Positions 37,276 through 46,798 of a stretch of DNA of 64,000 nt are shown piece by piece (position 1 is the stretch's first letter; each line of letters starts with the position of its first letter). Source of the stretch: an uncultured Gammaproteobacteria bacterium. Its GTDB lineage: Bacteria; Patescibacteriota; Microgenomatia; JALYQM01. A model generated the notes under the pieces. That model had not been told where the DNA came from. It did not search any database and saw only the letters and a list, made by a program, of their open reading frames with translations. Location: the NCBI GenBank assembly GCA_964535655.1, contig CAZHTP010000003.1, positions 65,186-129,185 of the forward strand, given 5' to 3'. A program made the position numbers and the translations under genes.

Positions 37276-39144
37276 ATTGATATACTGTTCTGGTATGGAT
37301 CAAATTACTAAAGACAATTTACGCATGGATGCTGAAAAACATGTTCGTACTGTTCAACGTCACATTGACGCAGAACGGGATGGCCTGGAAAAGGAATTAA
37401 CACGTCTTGATGTAATTATTAAGGGCGCTGAAAAAGGCTCTCATGATGAAGAGAATGTAGATATAGAGAAGATCTTGAGTTACGAAAAAAAAGGTCGTAG
37501 CGAAGAACTACTTAAGCTGAGTAGGTCACCGTATTTTTCCCGTTGTGTAGTCAAATTTGATCGAGACAAAGAGGCAAAAACGGTATATTTTGGCAGATTC
37601 CCTTATTTCCCTGATTCAATATATTCTTGGGTTACTCCCATTGCTAAATTGCGATACGAAGAGCCGGGGGCTTTCTCGTTGAAATCTCAAGAAGATGAAT
37701 TTGATATACCTGGTACGCTTCTTTCAAAGGATCAGTACATGATCGTTGACGGACATGTGGTTTTATGGCGGTTGAATCTATTGATCATGCGCGTGAACTT
37801 GTATACCAGGAACGCTTATCTCGTAAGAAATCTGACTTTTCTCTTCCAGAAATTGTTGAACAGATGGAGAAAGCTCAGGATGAAGTTATCCGCGCCCACT
37901 GGAAAGGCTCTTTTCTTATCTCTGGCCCTGCTGGATCAGGAAAGACAACTTTGGCTTTGCACCGAGTAGCGTATCTAACGCAAGCTCCTGAGACAGATCA
38001 CTTATTCCCTACTCAAAAAATTATTATATTTGTGCAAGATTCCTCAACAAAGAATTACTTTTCAAAACTACTGCCTGAACTTGGTATTAATAAAGTTGCG
38101 ATAACAACGTTTGAAGAATGGATTATAGAAAAGTGTAAGCTTAAAAATGTTCGTTTTACGCAGCGATATGGATTAACTGAAGAAGAAAAAGATCTTTACG
38201 AATTTACAAAAAATAAAGCCCTTAAAAAAATTAAAAAAGGAACACGCTATGAAGATATTTTTGATCTTATGCGTGCAACGTACTCTCCTTCTTTTTCGGT
38301 GCAACAACAAGATCTCCTTAATCGACAAATAACTGGTCGAGCGCTGGATCGATTTGATTTATCTTTATATGCAAAGCACCTTCGACTTCATGATGGTGGA
38401 CTTCTGGGCGACACTACCGAATATGAATACGTTACTCATTTAAAACATAAAAAAACTATTAAAAAAACTCCGATACTCTACTCCCTTATTGTTGTTGATG
38501 AGGCTGAGAACTATCTTGAAGAACAAATTGAGACATTGCTTTCGTGTATAAGTAAAAAAACCGGTGCAGTGCTCTATGTGGGGGACCTTGCCCAACAAAC
38601 GCGCATGTATACGATAAAAAAATGGTCTTCAGTAGGAGAAGAATTTGGTATTGGTCGCAAAGTTGTTTTACAAAAAGTATACCGCAATACAAAACAGATT
38701 CTCGATTATATTAATTCAGTTGGATTTTCAGTAGCTGTTCCAAATGGATTAAAATCCGGTAGTGAAGTTGAAGAATATACTCTAGAGCAGAAAGCGCAGG
38801 AAATTGAGAAAGTTGAAGAGCTTGTAGAAAAGCATACGGATGGAATTGTCGGTGTTTTAGGAAAATCTGAAGAGTATTTACATGGATACCGAAAAATATT
38901 TGAAAGTAATTCGAATGTTCACGTATTAACTATAAACGAAGCTCAAGGTGTTGAATTTGAAACTGTATTTTTAGTTGGCATTGATTCAAATTATTTTGGC
39001 GGACATGATCTTGCAAAAGAAATTAGAGAAGAACGAAAACATGTCGACCATGATCTGCTTTACGTAGCCTTAACCCGTGCGATGTCTAAATTATATGTAT
39101 TTGGGCGAGAACCTCTTAAAAAAGTAGTCGGAAAATTGCGTTAA
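37220..39144 (+). CDS. helD: HelD-like UvrD-family (SF1) helicase, split by a +1 frameshift at the T4 run 37761-37764
   Basis: The N-terminal part SPYFSRCVVKFD...KTVYFGRFPYF...SWVTPIAKL matches the HelD N-domain (SPYFGRIDF...RIYIG...WRAPI). The second frame, from 37765, has Walker A GPAGSGKTTLALHRVAYL, motif II VVDEAENY and motif VI VALTRA. The likely start is ATG 37295. Confidence 0.6.
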
Positions 39145-39902
39145 CCATTTTCCTGAAAGTAATAACTCCCTTTTCGCCAGAGATACGTAGAAATAATTAT
39201 CAGCGCAACACACCACCCTACTGAAATTCCTATACTGGTGAGTACTTCGACAGGTTGAAATTTACTGAAGTTCTTGGCAAGCGCACCAAATGCATAAGGA
39301 AACGGTAATACGTATAAAACGGCCTGAATAAATGGTGGCGCATAGGCAATTGGAATCCACCTTCCGCTTGTAAAATCAAAAATGGCCCTAAAAAGCCATA
39401 TGTCAGCAGTTTCCGAGTAGAAGTTCAAGCAAGTAAAAGTGAAAAATATCAGATGTGACAGAATCGTCCCTAAAATTACTGTTGGTAAAAATGTAATGAT
39501 AGAGATCAATGGCATTTTATTAAAAATCATATAGCAAATAGAAAAAATGGCAAAGACAATTACTGTGATTGAATTTCCCGCAAAACTCTTGACGATGTAA
39601 TAGACTGTTGGACTTATTGGCAACTTATCAATATTTAAATATGCTTCGTTTTTTATTTCCTTATGTATATCTTCGGAGAAACCCGGCAGCTCGATAGCAC
39701 CTGCTGTTAAGACAAAGAGAAAATATATGGTAATTTCTTTTGATAACGTTATTCCTTGTGCACTTGGGCTTAGAACAAAACTATAAAATAATATGAATCC
39801 ATACATTGCAAGGAACGGTCTGACAATTTGCATAAGCATCACGAACCAGGAGTGATTAACCTCAAAAAAACTATTTCGGATAATATACCAATATTTTTTC
39901 AT
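39141..39902 (-). CDS. ABC-2 type transporter permease
   Basis: A 253-aa protein with six predicted TM helices, terminal gene of the ABC ATPase operon. Confidence 0.55.
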   Translation of the reverse strand: MKKYWYIIRNSFFEVNHSWFVMLMQIVRPFLAMYGFILFYSFVLSPSAQGITLSKEITIYFLFVLTAGAIELPGFSEDIHKEIKNEAYLNIDKLPISPTVYYIVKSFAGNSITVIVFAIFSICYMIFNKMPLISIITFLPTVILGTILSHLIFFTFTCLNFYSETADIWLFRAIFDFTSGRWIPIAYAPPFIQAVLYVLPFPYAFGALAKNFSKFQPVEVLTSIGISVGWCVALIIISTYLWRKGSYYFQENG

Positions 39903-39908
39903 CGTTTT

Positions 39909-40700
39909 TTACCCGATACTTTCGTATTTGCGCAAACCAACTTTCCATAAAGTATGATTTCCAATCATAGCAAAGATTGTCCAACCGATGGTTATGCTCC
40001 AAAATATACGCGTGTCCTTACTACGGATTAGATCAAATATGAAACTTGCGACAATTATATATGGAACTATATACGTTAAAATAAATTTTATAGATCCTGG
40101 GAAGATATCTTGTGGTTTGTTCCACACTAAGTCTTCGAGAGCTTGATGCACTTTACTAAGTTGGCGGGCATCACGAGCAAAAAAAGTCCAACCATAAAAG
40201 ATAGATTTTAAATTTAAATACAAGAGACTGGATAGAATAATGAATATTGTTGCTTTGCAAATAAAATACATGGTAAGACCATTAACTATTGATGAGGTTA
40301 CAAAGGCTGCATAACTGAACAATGTCATAACAACACTCATTAAATCTAGACGCCGGAAATATTTATAAAAAAATAAATTTATTGGACGAGTAAGAATAAG
40401 ATCTAGGTCTGCCGTTAAAATATCATAAGTTAAGTAACGCATGCTGCGGTCCATGCTCAACCAAAAAAGTACTTGCACCGCAAACATACCGGTTACATAA
40501 AATCCTTGAGGCAGCCGGTAAAAAGCATTCGCATTTATGTGGTACGCAATCACTATTTGAAGAACGAAGATTATTGGATAGGCAATGGGAGTTAACGTAC
40601 TAAGCACAAATATGCTTGGCGATTTTAGTTGGAGTTTTGCATTAGCCTTAAATAGAACCCAGATAGCTTTGAGCATATTATTGTTTATATACCTTTGCAA
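39909..40700 (-). CDS. ABC-2 type transporter permease
   Basis: A 263-aa protein with six predicted TM helices, 6 nt downstream of the ATPase C-terminal fragment. Confidence 0.55.
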   Translation of the reverse strand: MQRYINNNMLKAIWVLFKANAKLQLKSPSIFVLSTLTPIAYPIIFVLQIVIAYHINANAFYRLPQGFYVTGMFAVQVLFWLSMDRSMRYLTYDILTADLDLILTRPINLFFYKYFRRLDLMSVVMTLFSYAAFVTSSIVNGLTMYFICKATIFIILSSLLYLNLKSIFYGWTFFARDARQLSKVHQALEDLVWNKPQDIFPGSIKFILTYIVPYIIVASFIFDLIRSKDTRIFWSITIGWTIFAMIGNHTLWKVGLRKYESIG

Positions 40701-41662
40701 TTACATCAGACAAATCATCTTCATGAAAGTTTATTTCTGAAATCTGGGCACTAGAGACGATCAGATTGATAAACTGGGCGCTTATTTTTCTATCACTTTT
40801 GATAACTAGACTTGTGGAAGTGTTGCGTAAAACTTTTCCTTCACTTGTTTCAATTTGATGAATTACTTCTTGAGAGATAGGATTACTGTTTTCATCGAAA
40901 ATAAATTCTACAATCCGATCATCCCCCAAAAATTTTCTTTAATTCACTGGTTTTATCGTCAAATATTTTTGTTCCTTTGTTGATAACAATAGTTCTCTCA
41001 CAAAGCTCTTCTACATCTTCCATATTGTGTGTGGTTAAGATTATTGTTGTTCCGAGACTTTTATTGGACTCTTTTAGAAAGCTTCGTACTTCTTTGGCGG
41101 AGTTAACATCTAATCCAATTGTTGGTTCGTCAAGAAAAATTACCTTTGGCTCGTAGATAAAGCTACAGATAAGTTCACATTTCATGCGTTGTCCTAAAGA
41201 GAGTCGCCTTCCTACGGTATCCATTTTGTCTTCGAGATCGAAGCGCCTTGTTAATTCGTCGATACGCTTTTTGTACCTTATTTTATCGACCTCGTATATT
41301 TCGGCAAAAAAATCAAAGGTATCTTTTACAGGTAGCTCGAGGAACAATTGGGTTTTCTGAGCCATTACGAAACTGATCATTTTTTTGAACTGCTTCTTTT
41401 TTTGAAAGGGATTAAACCCGAAAACATCGATATTGCCTGATGTTGGGAATAAAATTCCTGTTAGCATCTTAAGTGTTGTGGTTTTTCCTGCACCGTTAGG
41501 GCCAAGAAAGGCAATAAACTCGCCTTTATCGATTTCGAAGTTCAAGTCCCTTACCGCTTCGAACTTAGTAATGGTTTTTGGCTTAAGAAATCCAAAAGCC
41601 CCGGGAGGAGATTTTTTTGACAAAAAGCTTTTATTGAGATTCTGTACCTTAATCATAGGCAC
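40678..41662 (-). CDS. ABC transporter ATP-binding protein with a C-terminal DUF4162-like domain, split by a frameshift at the G5/T5 homopolymer 40922-40935
   Basis: Walker A GPNGAGKTTTL, signature LSLGQRMKCEL, Walker B IFLDEPTIGLD and an H-loop. The 83-aa ORF at 40678-40929 starts at TTG and ends INFHEDDLSDVIAKVY. It is the usual C-terminal domain displaced by one base within gaaaatttttgggggatgat. Confidence 0.8.
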
Positions 41663-41736
41663 CTACTAATTGTTTCTCTTTCGGGATATTTATGGATTGT
41701 ACGTTGCGCTATGAGAAAAATCAAGCGAAGTTGGAT

Positions 41737-42240
41737 TTACTTTTGACTTATGTTACTCTTCACAAACTTAATATAGCCCACGATGAGTGCAGCAACGAGA
41801 CTCACTGTGACTACCGCAAAGCGAAATTTACTACTATCGCTCATAAATCCGCGAATGACACTATATAACAGTGTGAGAACTCCCCCCAGTAGCAGGCCGT
41901 CTGACAATAACAATAAATTTTTCATCAGAGTTAAGCTTACTACTAAGACAATTACGGAAAAAACTAAAGCTATTATTGAAACATTCTGATTATATACCTT
42001 GAACTTTTTCTCATAATCTTTTTGTTTTTGATCATACTCTATTTGTCTTTGACGGTCTGTTTCGGATTGTATATACGGCTTTGATGGATCGCTATTTACT
42101 TGAGGGTAGGATAGTTCTTTAGGATACTCGGGAGGAGTTGGCTTTTCGTAAAAGGCATCGATGCCGAGTCCGATAAATGTTGCCACGAGAATACCGATAA
42201 AAAGTGTATAAATAAACTGAAGGGCTTTGGATTGTTGCAT
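41737..42240 (-). CDS. hypothetical membrane protein with four TM helices
   Basis: Two hydrophobic hairpins separated by a charged loop with KQKDYEKK repeats. It lies between the HTH protein and the ABC transporter. Confidence 0.4.
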   Translation of the reverse strand: MQQSKALQFIYTLFIGILVATFIGLGIDAFYEKPTPPEYPKELSYPQVNSDPSKPYIQSETDRQRQIEYDQKQKDYEKKFKVYNQNVSIIALVFSVIVLVVSLTLMKNLLLLSDGLLLGGVLTLLYSVIRGFMSDSSKFRFAVVTVSLVAALIVGYIKFVKSNISQK

Positions 42241-42244
42241 ACTG

Positions 42245-44011
42245 TTATTCTACTACTCGTGACATAATTTTAGGAAGTGCTTTATAAAGAAAGAAATTAC
42301 ACGCTGAGTCGGAAAGCCCCAAGTACCTTGAGACTGATACTAATTTATTGCCTCTAAAAGATATTCCTTCTTCTAAAGCCTTAATCATACCAAAGAGAAT
42401 TTCTTTCTGTTTAGTATTAAAGAGATCTTTATATTTAGCTGCTAGGTCTAGCTTTTGACGAATATCAGTGATAAATGAAGTATCCTCAACTAAGGTTATA
42501 ATATTTTTTAGCACTTGAGAATCATCACTAAAACCAAATGTTTGCTTGGCCTCATCAACTGAGTGATATCTGCCCTGAGAATCGGGTACTGTTAAGAACC
42601 GTATAATTTCTTTTTGATAGTCTCCCAGGTTTGCCATCTGCTCTGGTGACCAGCTTCCTTGTTGTTCAAGTTTATTTATAAGTATGTAATGAGAATACCC
42701 GTGCAAAATTGTTTCGCCATGTTGATTAATGTAGCGTGTGGTACTTTTGGCTCGAGAAGATTTTTCACCTCGTCTGAGCATGTTTACTTTGTGCACTATA
42801 TTTCGAACAGCAGTTGGTGTTAACCCCGTTTCTTCACCTATATGAGCATTAGAGTATAAAAATTCTTTATCTATACAAACCATCGCAAGCTGTAATACGC
42901 GCTTTTCAATTTCGGTTAGTTGTTTTACCCACTCTTCATTTTCAATTATTCTGGATTCATGCAACTGAACTCTCGCTGCATAGACTGGAATATTTTTTCC
43001 AGCCTCAGTATAAGGGACTGATTTTCGTTTTCCCGTCTTACTTCTTCCTAAAAGTTTAGCTTTTTGTTCTGGTGGTACCCTGCGTTCTTGATTTACTGCA
43101 GAATCGGCTCGATCTACCATATCTGCTATATCGATGCGTGGCTCAGGGCTGTTTCTTTTTCCAATTCGCATAATAATTTCTGCTAATGCAAATTTCAGGT
43201 CACCGGTGGTAGTTTTTTCACTTAAGTTTAATCTTTTATAATGATCTGACATCGGTTCTTCAGGATGAAAGTAACCAAACTTTTTTAGGATCGCTACTTG
43301 TCGATATAAGTCCAACTCACCAATATATCCCATTAATTCAGCGAGGCTTAACCGATCTATAGCATGGGCATAGTAGCCAAATATTTGATACAAGGGTTTT
43401 ATTCTTCGCTCTTGATTTAAGCCTGTTTTACCTGTTCCTACAAGTTCGAAATCAACCGCTTGTCCTGGAAACGAAATTGGGGCATTATCCAGGCGTGTTA
43501 AATCTTGATGAATATACTTAATTGCTATTTTTACAAATCCCGTTAAATTCCAGGCTAATTCCTCATAATTTTTTCCTTCCATATTCCAGGAATAAAATAT
43601 CCGCCGTCTCACTTCGTCCTGAGCAGACACTATTGCTTCTGAACTATCAATGCGGCGATACCTGCGCGATAGTCTTTCCATTACAGATTCTATCTGACTA
43701 TAGAAGTTTAAGTTTAAGCGTTCAATTACACGTAGCCCACTTTCAACAGCGTCCTCAGAAAGTTTTATTCTTTCATATCCAACGATATCGGTATGAATAT
43801 CTTTTTTGCGCTTATCAATCACCCCATTTGACTGAAACATTTGGCGGACTCTCCGGGCAGGAGCAAGAGTTGTAATAGCGACTTCGCCGGCTAAACCTTT
43901 TAATAAGCTACTGTTAGATTTAGTTACCATTTGCCAGTCATCGTAGACTAGATACTGATTAGCTACCTGATATTCAGGCGGTATTTTTGTTTCATTTACA
44001 TTAGCACTCAT
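42245..44011 (-). CDS. large HTH protein with three tandem sigma-70 region-4/LuxR-like helix-turn-helix modules
   Basis: The three modules are LTEIEKRVLQLAMV...ETGLTPTAVRNIVHKVNMLRR, YQKEIIRFLTV...QTFGFSDDSQVLKNII and KQKEILFGMIKALEEGISFRGNKLVSVSRYLGLSDSACNFFLYKAL. No clear sigma region 2 was found. Confidence 0.35.
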   Translation of the reverse strand: MSANVNETKIPPEYQVANQYLVYDDWQMVTKSNSSLLKGLAGEVAITTLAPARRVRQMFQSNGVIDKRKKDIHTDIVGYERIKLSEDAVESGLRVIERLNLNFYSQIESVMERLSRRYRRIDSSEAIVSAQDEVRRRIFYSWNMEGKNYEELAWNLTGFVKIAIKYIHQDLTRLDNAPISFPGQAVDFELVGTGKTGLNQERRIKPLYQIFGYYAHAIDRLSLAELMGYIGELDLYRQVAILKKFGYFHPEEPMSDHYKRLNLSEKTTTGDLKFALAEIIMRIGKRNSPEPRIDIADMVDRADSAVNQERRVPPEQKAKLLGRSKTGKRKSVPYTEAGKNIPVYAARVQLHESRIIENEEWVKQLTEIEKRVLQLAMVCIDKEFLYSNAHIGEETGLTPTAVRNIVHKVNMLRRGEKSSRAKSTTRYINQHGETILHGYSHYILINKLEQQGSWSPEQMANLGDYQKEIIRFLTVPDSQGRYHSVDEAKQTFGFSDDSQVLKNIITLVEDTSFITDIRQKLDLAAKYKDLFNTKQKEILFGMIKALEEGISFRGNKLVSVSRYLGLSDSACNFFLYKALPKIMSRVVE

Positions 44012-44140
44012 AAACTTTATTGGAGAAAAAAACTAAAGATGGCAGGATAAAATATATGCTGGCTTACGCCAACTTAGTGGAGTTCTTTTTGGAATCCTTG
44101 ACCGCGGGAGACGCGATCCTTATGTTGTTTTTACCGTTAC

Positions 44141-44605
44141 TTGGCATTTGTCATATTATACCAGATGAGCTATCATTTCTTTATGAAAGCAAGTAAAGAC
44201 TCGTTTGCTCAGATATTCCCTCTCTATTATATGCTTTTTGTATTTGTTTTCTTATTTCTTTACTTGGCTGTATCGGGGAGTAATGTGGGATCAATGGCGC
44301 AAAATGCCGATACAACATATGCCGCCGAGGAGGCCGGGTTATTGCGTGATCGTGAGTGTGTTCCTCCCCTCTGTGGAAAAAGTTGGTGGTGTCGATTTTG
44401 GCATCCACGAAGAGGAAGAGGGAATGGATGTTTATACCCTACTCCTGTTCCATCTTTAAGCCCACCTGTAACCGATATTCCGAGCTCATCTCCTTCCCCT
44501 ACCTCCAGTGTTTGTACCCGACGACCACTATGCCTTGATGCGGAACCTGCATGTGAAGTAGCCGAACCGTTGGGTGGATGGTGCTCTCTTCCTCCTGCGC
44601 GTTAA
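44141..44605 (+). CDS. possible small Cys-rich secreted protein (weak prediction)
   Basis: A hydrophobic N-terminal segment YYMLFVFVFLFLYLAVSG precedes a Pro/Ser- and Cys-rich tail with 9 Cys. Local GC is higher than in the surrounding sequence. No recognisable domain. Confidence 0.2.
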   Translation: MAFVILYQMSYHFFMKASKDSFAQIFPLYYMLFVFVFLFLYLAVSGSNVGSMAQNADTTYAAEEAGLLRDRECVPPLCGKSWWCRFWHPRRGRGNGCLYPTPVPSLSPPVTDIPSSSPSPTSSVCTRRPLCLDAEPACEVAEPLGGWCSLPPAR

Positions 44606-44618
44606 CATAGAATAACTC

Positions 44619-44648
44619 TTGACAAATTTCTGGCAGTCATTGTATAAG
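44619..44648 (+). promoter_or_regulatory. sigma-70-like promoter of hsp20
   Basis: TTGACA at 44619-44624, an 18-nt spacer, TATAAG at 44643-44648, then SD AGGAGG at 44681-44686 and ATG at 44692. Confidence 0.4.
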
Positions 44649-44691
44649 AGTGCTAGATATATTATCGTTATTATTATTTCAGGAGGTACTT

Positions 44692-45105
44692 ATGCCTAAT
44701 GATTTAGTTATGCGTCCCTTTTGGGATTTTACACCTTTGAGGATGTCGTCATTTTTTGACGATGAAGATATGTGGTCAGTTACTCAACATGGTTCAGGAG
44801 GCCTTTCTATTTCTGAAGACGATGCTTATGTTTATATTGAAGCGGCAGTTCCAGGTGTTGCACCTGACGCGGTTGAAATGACTTTCCATAATGGGATTCT
44901 TAAAATTCACGGGAAAGCAAAACAAGAAGAGAAAAAAGATCGAAAAAATTACCGAACAATGACAAGTGAATTTTCGTACCAAGTCGCAATTCGAGATGTC
45001 GATTCTAATGAAGAACCTGAGGCAACCTGCAAGAATGGTGTAATGGAAGTAAAGTTTGCTAAATCTAAAGCTGCTTTGCCAAAGCAGATCAAAGTTAAGA
45101 AATAG
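44692..45105 (+). CDS. hsp20: small heat-shock protein (Hsp20/alpha-crystallin family)
   Basis: Alpha-crystallin domain motifs GILKIHG, FSYQVAIRDVD and KNGVMEVKFAK. The ATG at 44692 follows a strong SD, and the listed TTG start at 44650 is probably upstream of the true start. Confidence 0.85.
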   Translation: MPNDLVMRPFWDFTPLRMSSFFDDEDMWSVTQHGSGGLSISEDDAYVYIEAAVPGVAPDAVEMTFHNGILKIHGKAKQEEKKDRKNYRTMTSEFSYQVAIRDVDSNEEPEATCKNGVMEVKFAKSKAALPKQIKVKK

Positions 45106-45143
45106 GGTTTTTTTCGTAACGAATTCATGTTACAGTTGAGGTA

Positions 45144-45905
45144 ATGGATGATCAGCTCATTACCTACGTACGGGATTCGGCGGCGCGCGGGGTTACTGCG
45201 GATATTACTCGCCAACAACTAACTTCAGTCGGGTGGGATTCTAAAATGGTTGAAAATGCCATTACTGCGGTATACCCTGCGGCCACGTTTAATACTATCT
45301 CCTCATCTGTGGGTCGCTCTATTCAAGTAAATAGAGGCACGTTGCTTATGATTTTGGGAATAATGCTTTTTTTTGTTATAAGCTCAGTTGTAATTGGCTA
45401 TTTGGTTTTTGCCACGTCTCGGTCTTCTTCTCTTTCAAAAATTAGTGATTCTCAAGCTGAAAGCAGTAGTTCGGTTGTTTCTCTACCTAACAGCGATTAC
45501 CAAACATATATTAATGATGAGTTTCATTTTAGGCTTACGATTCCTATTGAATGGACATATAAAGAATATAATCGTTCCTCCTATAATGAATTCAGGCTGG
45601 CATTTGGTAAACAGCGAGATTTACCTGATAGTTATTTTGGTGATGGTAATTATTTATGGTTACGGATTTATCCGGTATCTTCTTCGACAAAATATACTTC
45701 TTTTAGGGCAGAATTTCTAAAAAGCGGAGTACGACAAATGTCGCTTGGCGGAGTTGCTGCATTTGATACAGGAAAAATTGTTGGAGCTGAATATAAAGGA
45801 TTAGCATATGAACTGCATCCACCTGTTCAACTAGCTAGTGATGGTACCAATTTTTATGATGAAAATACAAAACGAATAATTAGCTCTTTACGGTTTACAG
45901 AGTAA
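45144..45905 (+). CDS. hypothetical membrane-anchored protein
   Basis: An N-terminal soluble region of about 60 aa, one TM helix LLMILGIMLFFVISSVVIGYLVFA, and a 170-aa C-terminal domain with no recognised motif. Confidence 0.4.
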   Translation: MDDQLITYVRDSAARGVTADITRQQLTSVGWDSKMVENAITAVYPAATFNTISSSVGRSIQVNRGTLLMILGIMLFFVISSVVIGYLVFATSRSSSLSKISDSQAESSSSVVSLPNSDYQTYINDEFHFRLTIPIEWTYKEYNRSSYNEFRLAFGKQRDLPDSYFGDGNYLWLRIYPVSSSTKYTSFRAEFLKSGVRQMSLGGVAAFDTGKIVGAEYKGLAYELHPPVQLASDGTNFYDENTKRIISSLRFTE

Positions 45906-46140
45906 ATAGTTTCTCTTTATTTTTCCTCGACCAGCGTTTTAATTCAGTTTCTCTTTTCCTTGCTTCCGATAAGGTCTCAAAAACTTCATGATGTTTTAGT
46001 TCAACTGGTCTTCTGATTTTAGTATAGTGAGCACCATTTTTGGTGAAATTATGTTGATGAATGCGGTTCTGGATGTTATTAGTGCAGCCAACATAATACG
46101 TGCTGTCGGAACATTGTAAAATGTAAACAAAGTACGCCAT
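45895..46140 (-). CDS. GIY-YIG nuclease domain protein (UPF0213/YhbQ-like)
   Basis: FVYILQCSDSTYYVGCTNNIQNRIHQHN, then the catalytic arginine (RRPVEL) and ETELKRWSR, match the GIY-YIG core (GIY, YVG, R, E). Confidence 0.7.
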   Translation of the reverse strand: MAYFVYILQCSDSTYYVGCTNNIQNRIHQHNFTKNGAHYTKIRRPVELKHHEVFETLSEARKRETELKRWSRKNKEKLFTL

Positions 46141-46145
46141 TTAAG

Positions 46146-46733
46146 TTACCATGCGAAGAGTCGTGAGGTTAAAGCATCCCTTCCTGTATTATTTTTGCTT
46201 GAATAAATAATAATTTCGGCTTCTATTCCCGAGGGGATTTTTCCTTTTATTTTTGAAATATGAGCAGCTATCTCTGAGTTTTTAAGTGAATCACTTTTGG
46301 TCGCTACCAGCACGAAAGGCGTGTTATTTTTATTCAATAATAAAAGCACTTCTTCATCAAAAGGAGTTATTCCCACTTTGATGTCCAGAATTACTACGAT
46401 AGATTTTGATTTTACTTCTTCGGTTAGGATATACCATATTATCCACTCCCGGAGTTTTTCAGCTTCCTTTTGAGATGCGTGAGCATACCCGTACCCAGGT
46501 AAATCAACAAAATAATATTTTTCATTGATTAGGAAAAAATTAATGCGTTTGGTTTTCCCCGGCTGAGAGGAAACTTTTACCAAATCTTTGCGATTTGTTA
46601 AAGAATTAATAAGACTTGATTTACCAACATTTGATCTTCCTACAAAACCTACTTGAGGATACGGATCATTTAATATTGGATCGGTACCGGCGATACTTTT
46701 AATGAACTTGGCTGATTTAATTTGCATATTCAA
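46146..46733 (-). CDS. engB: ribosome biogenesis GTP-binding protein YihA/EngB
   Basis: G1 GRSNVGKSSLIN, G3 DLPGYGYA and G4 ATKSD motifs, in a protein of about 195 aa. Confidence 0.85.
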   Translation of the reverse strand: MNMQIKSAKFIKSIAGTDPILNDPYPQVGFVGRSNVGKSSLINSLTNRKDLVKVSSQPGKTKRINFFLINEKYYFVDLPGYGYAHASQKEAEKLREWIIWYILTEEVKSKSIVVILDIKVGITPFDEEVLLLLNKNNTPFVLVATKSDSLKNSEIAAHISKIKGKIPSGIEAEIIIYSSKNNTGRDALTSRLFAW

Positions 46734-46798
46734 AGTATATCATGCCTAAGGAGGCTCCTTTGAATTCTCGTTCGCCAAATTTATGGGCAATGAGGAAA

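Noticed and set aside
44643-44660. Possible CIRCE operator at the hsp20 promoter
   Set aside because: Only the right arm (GAGTGCTAg) is present. The expected left arm TTAGCACTC, 9 nt upstream, is not recognisable. It is kept only as a half-site note within a finding.
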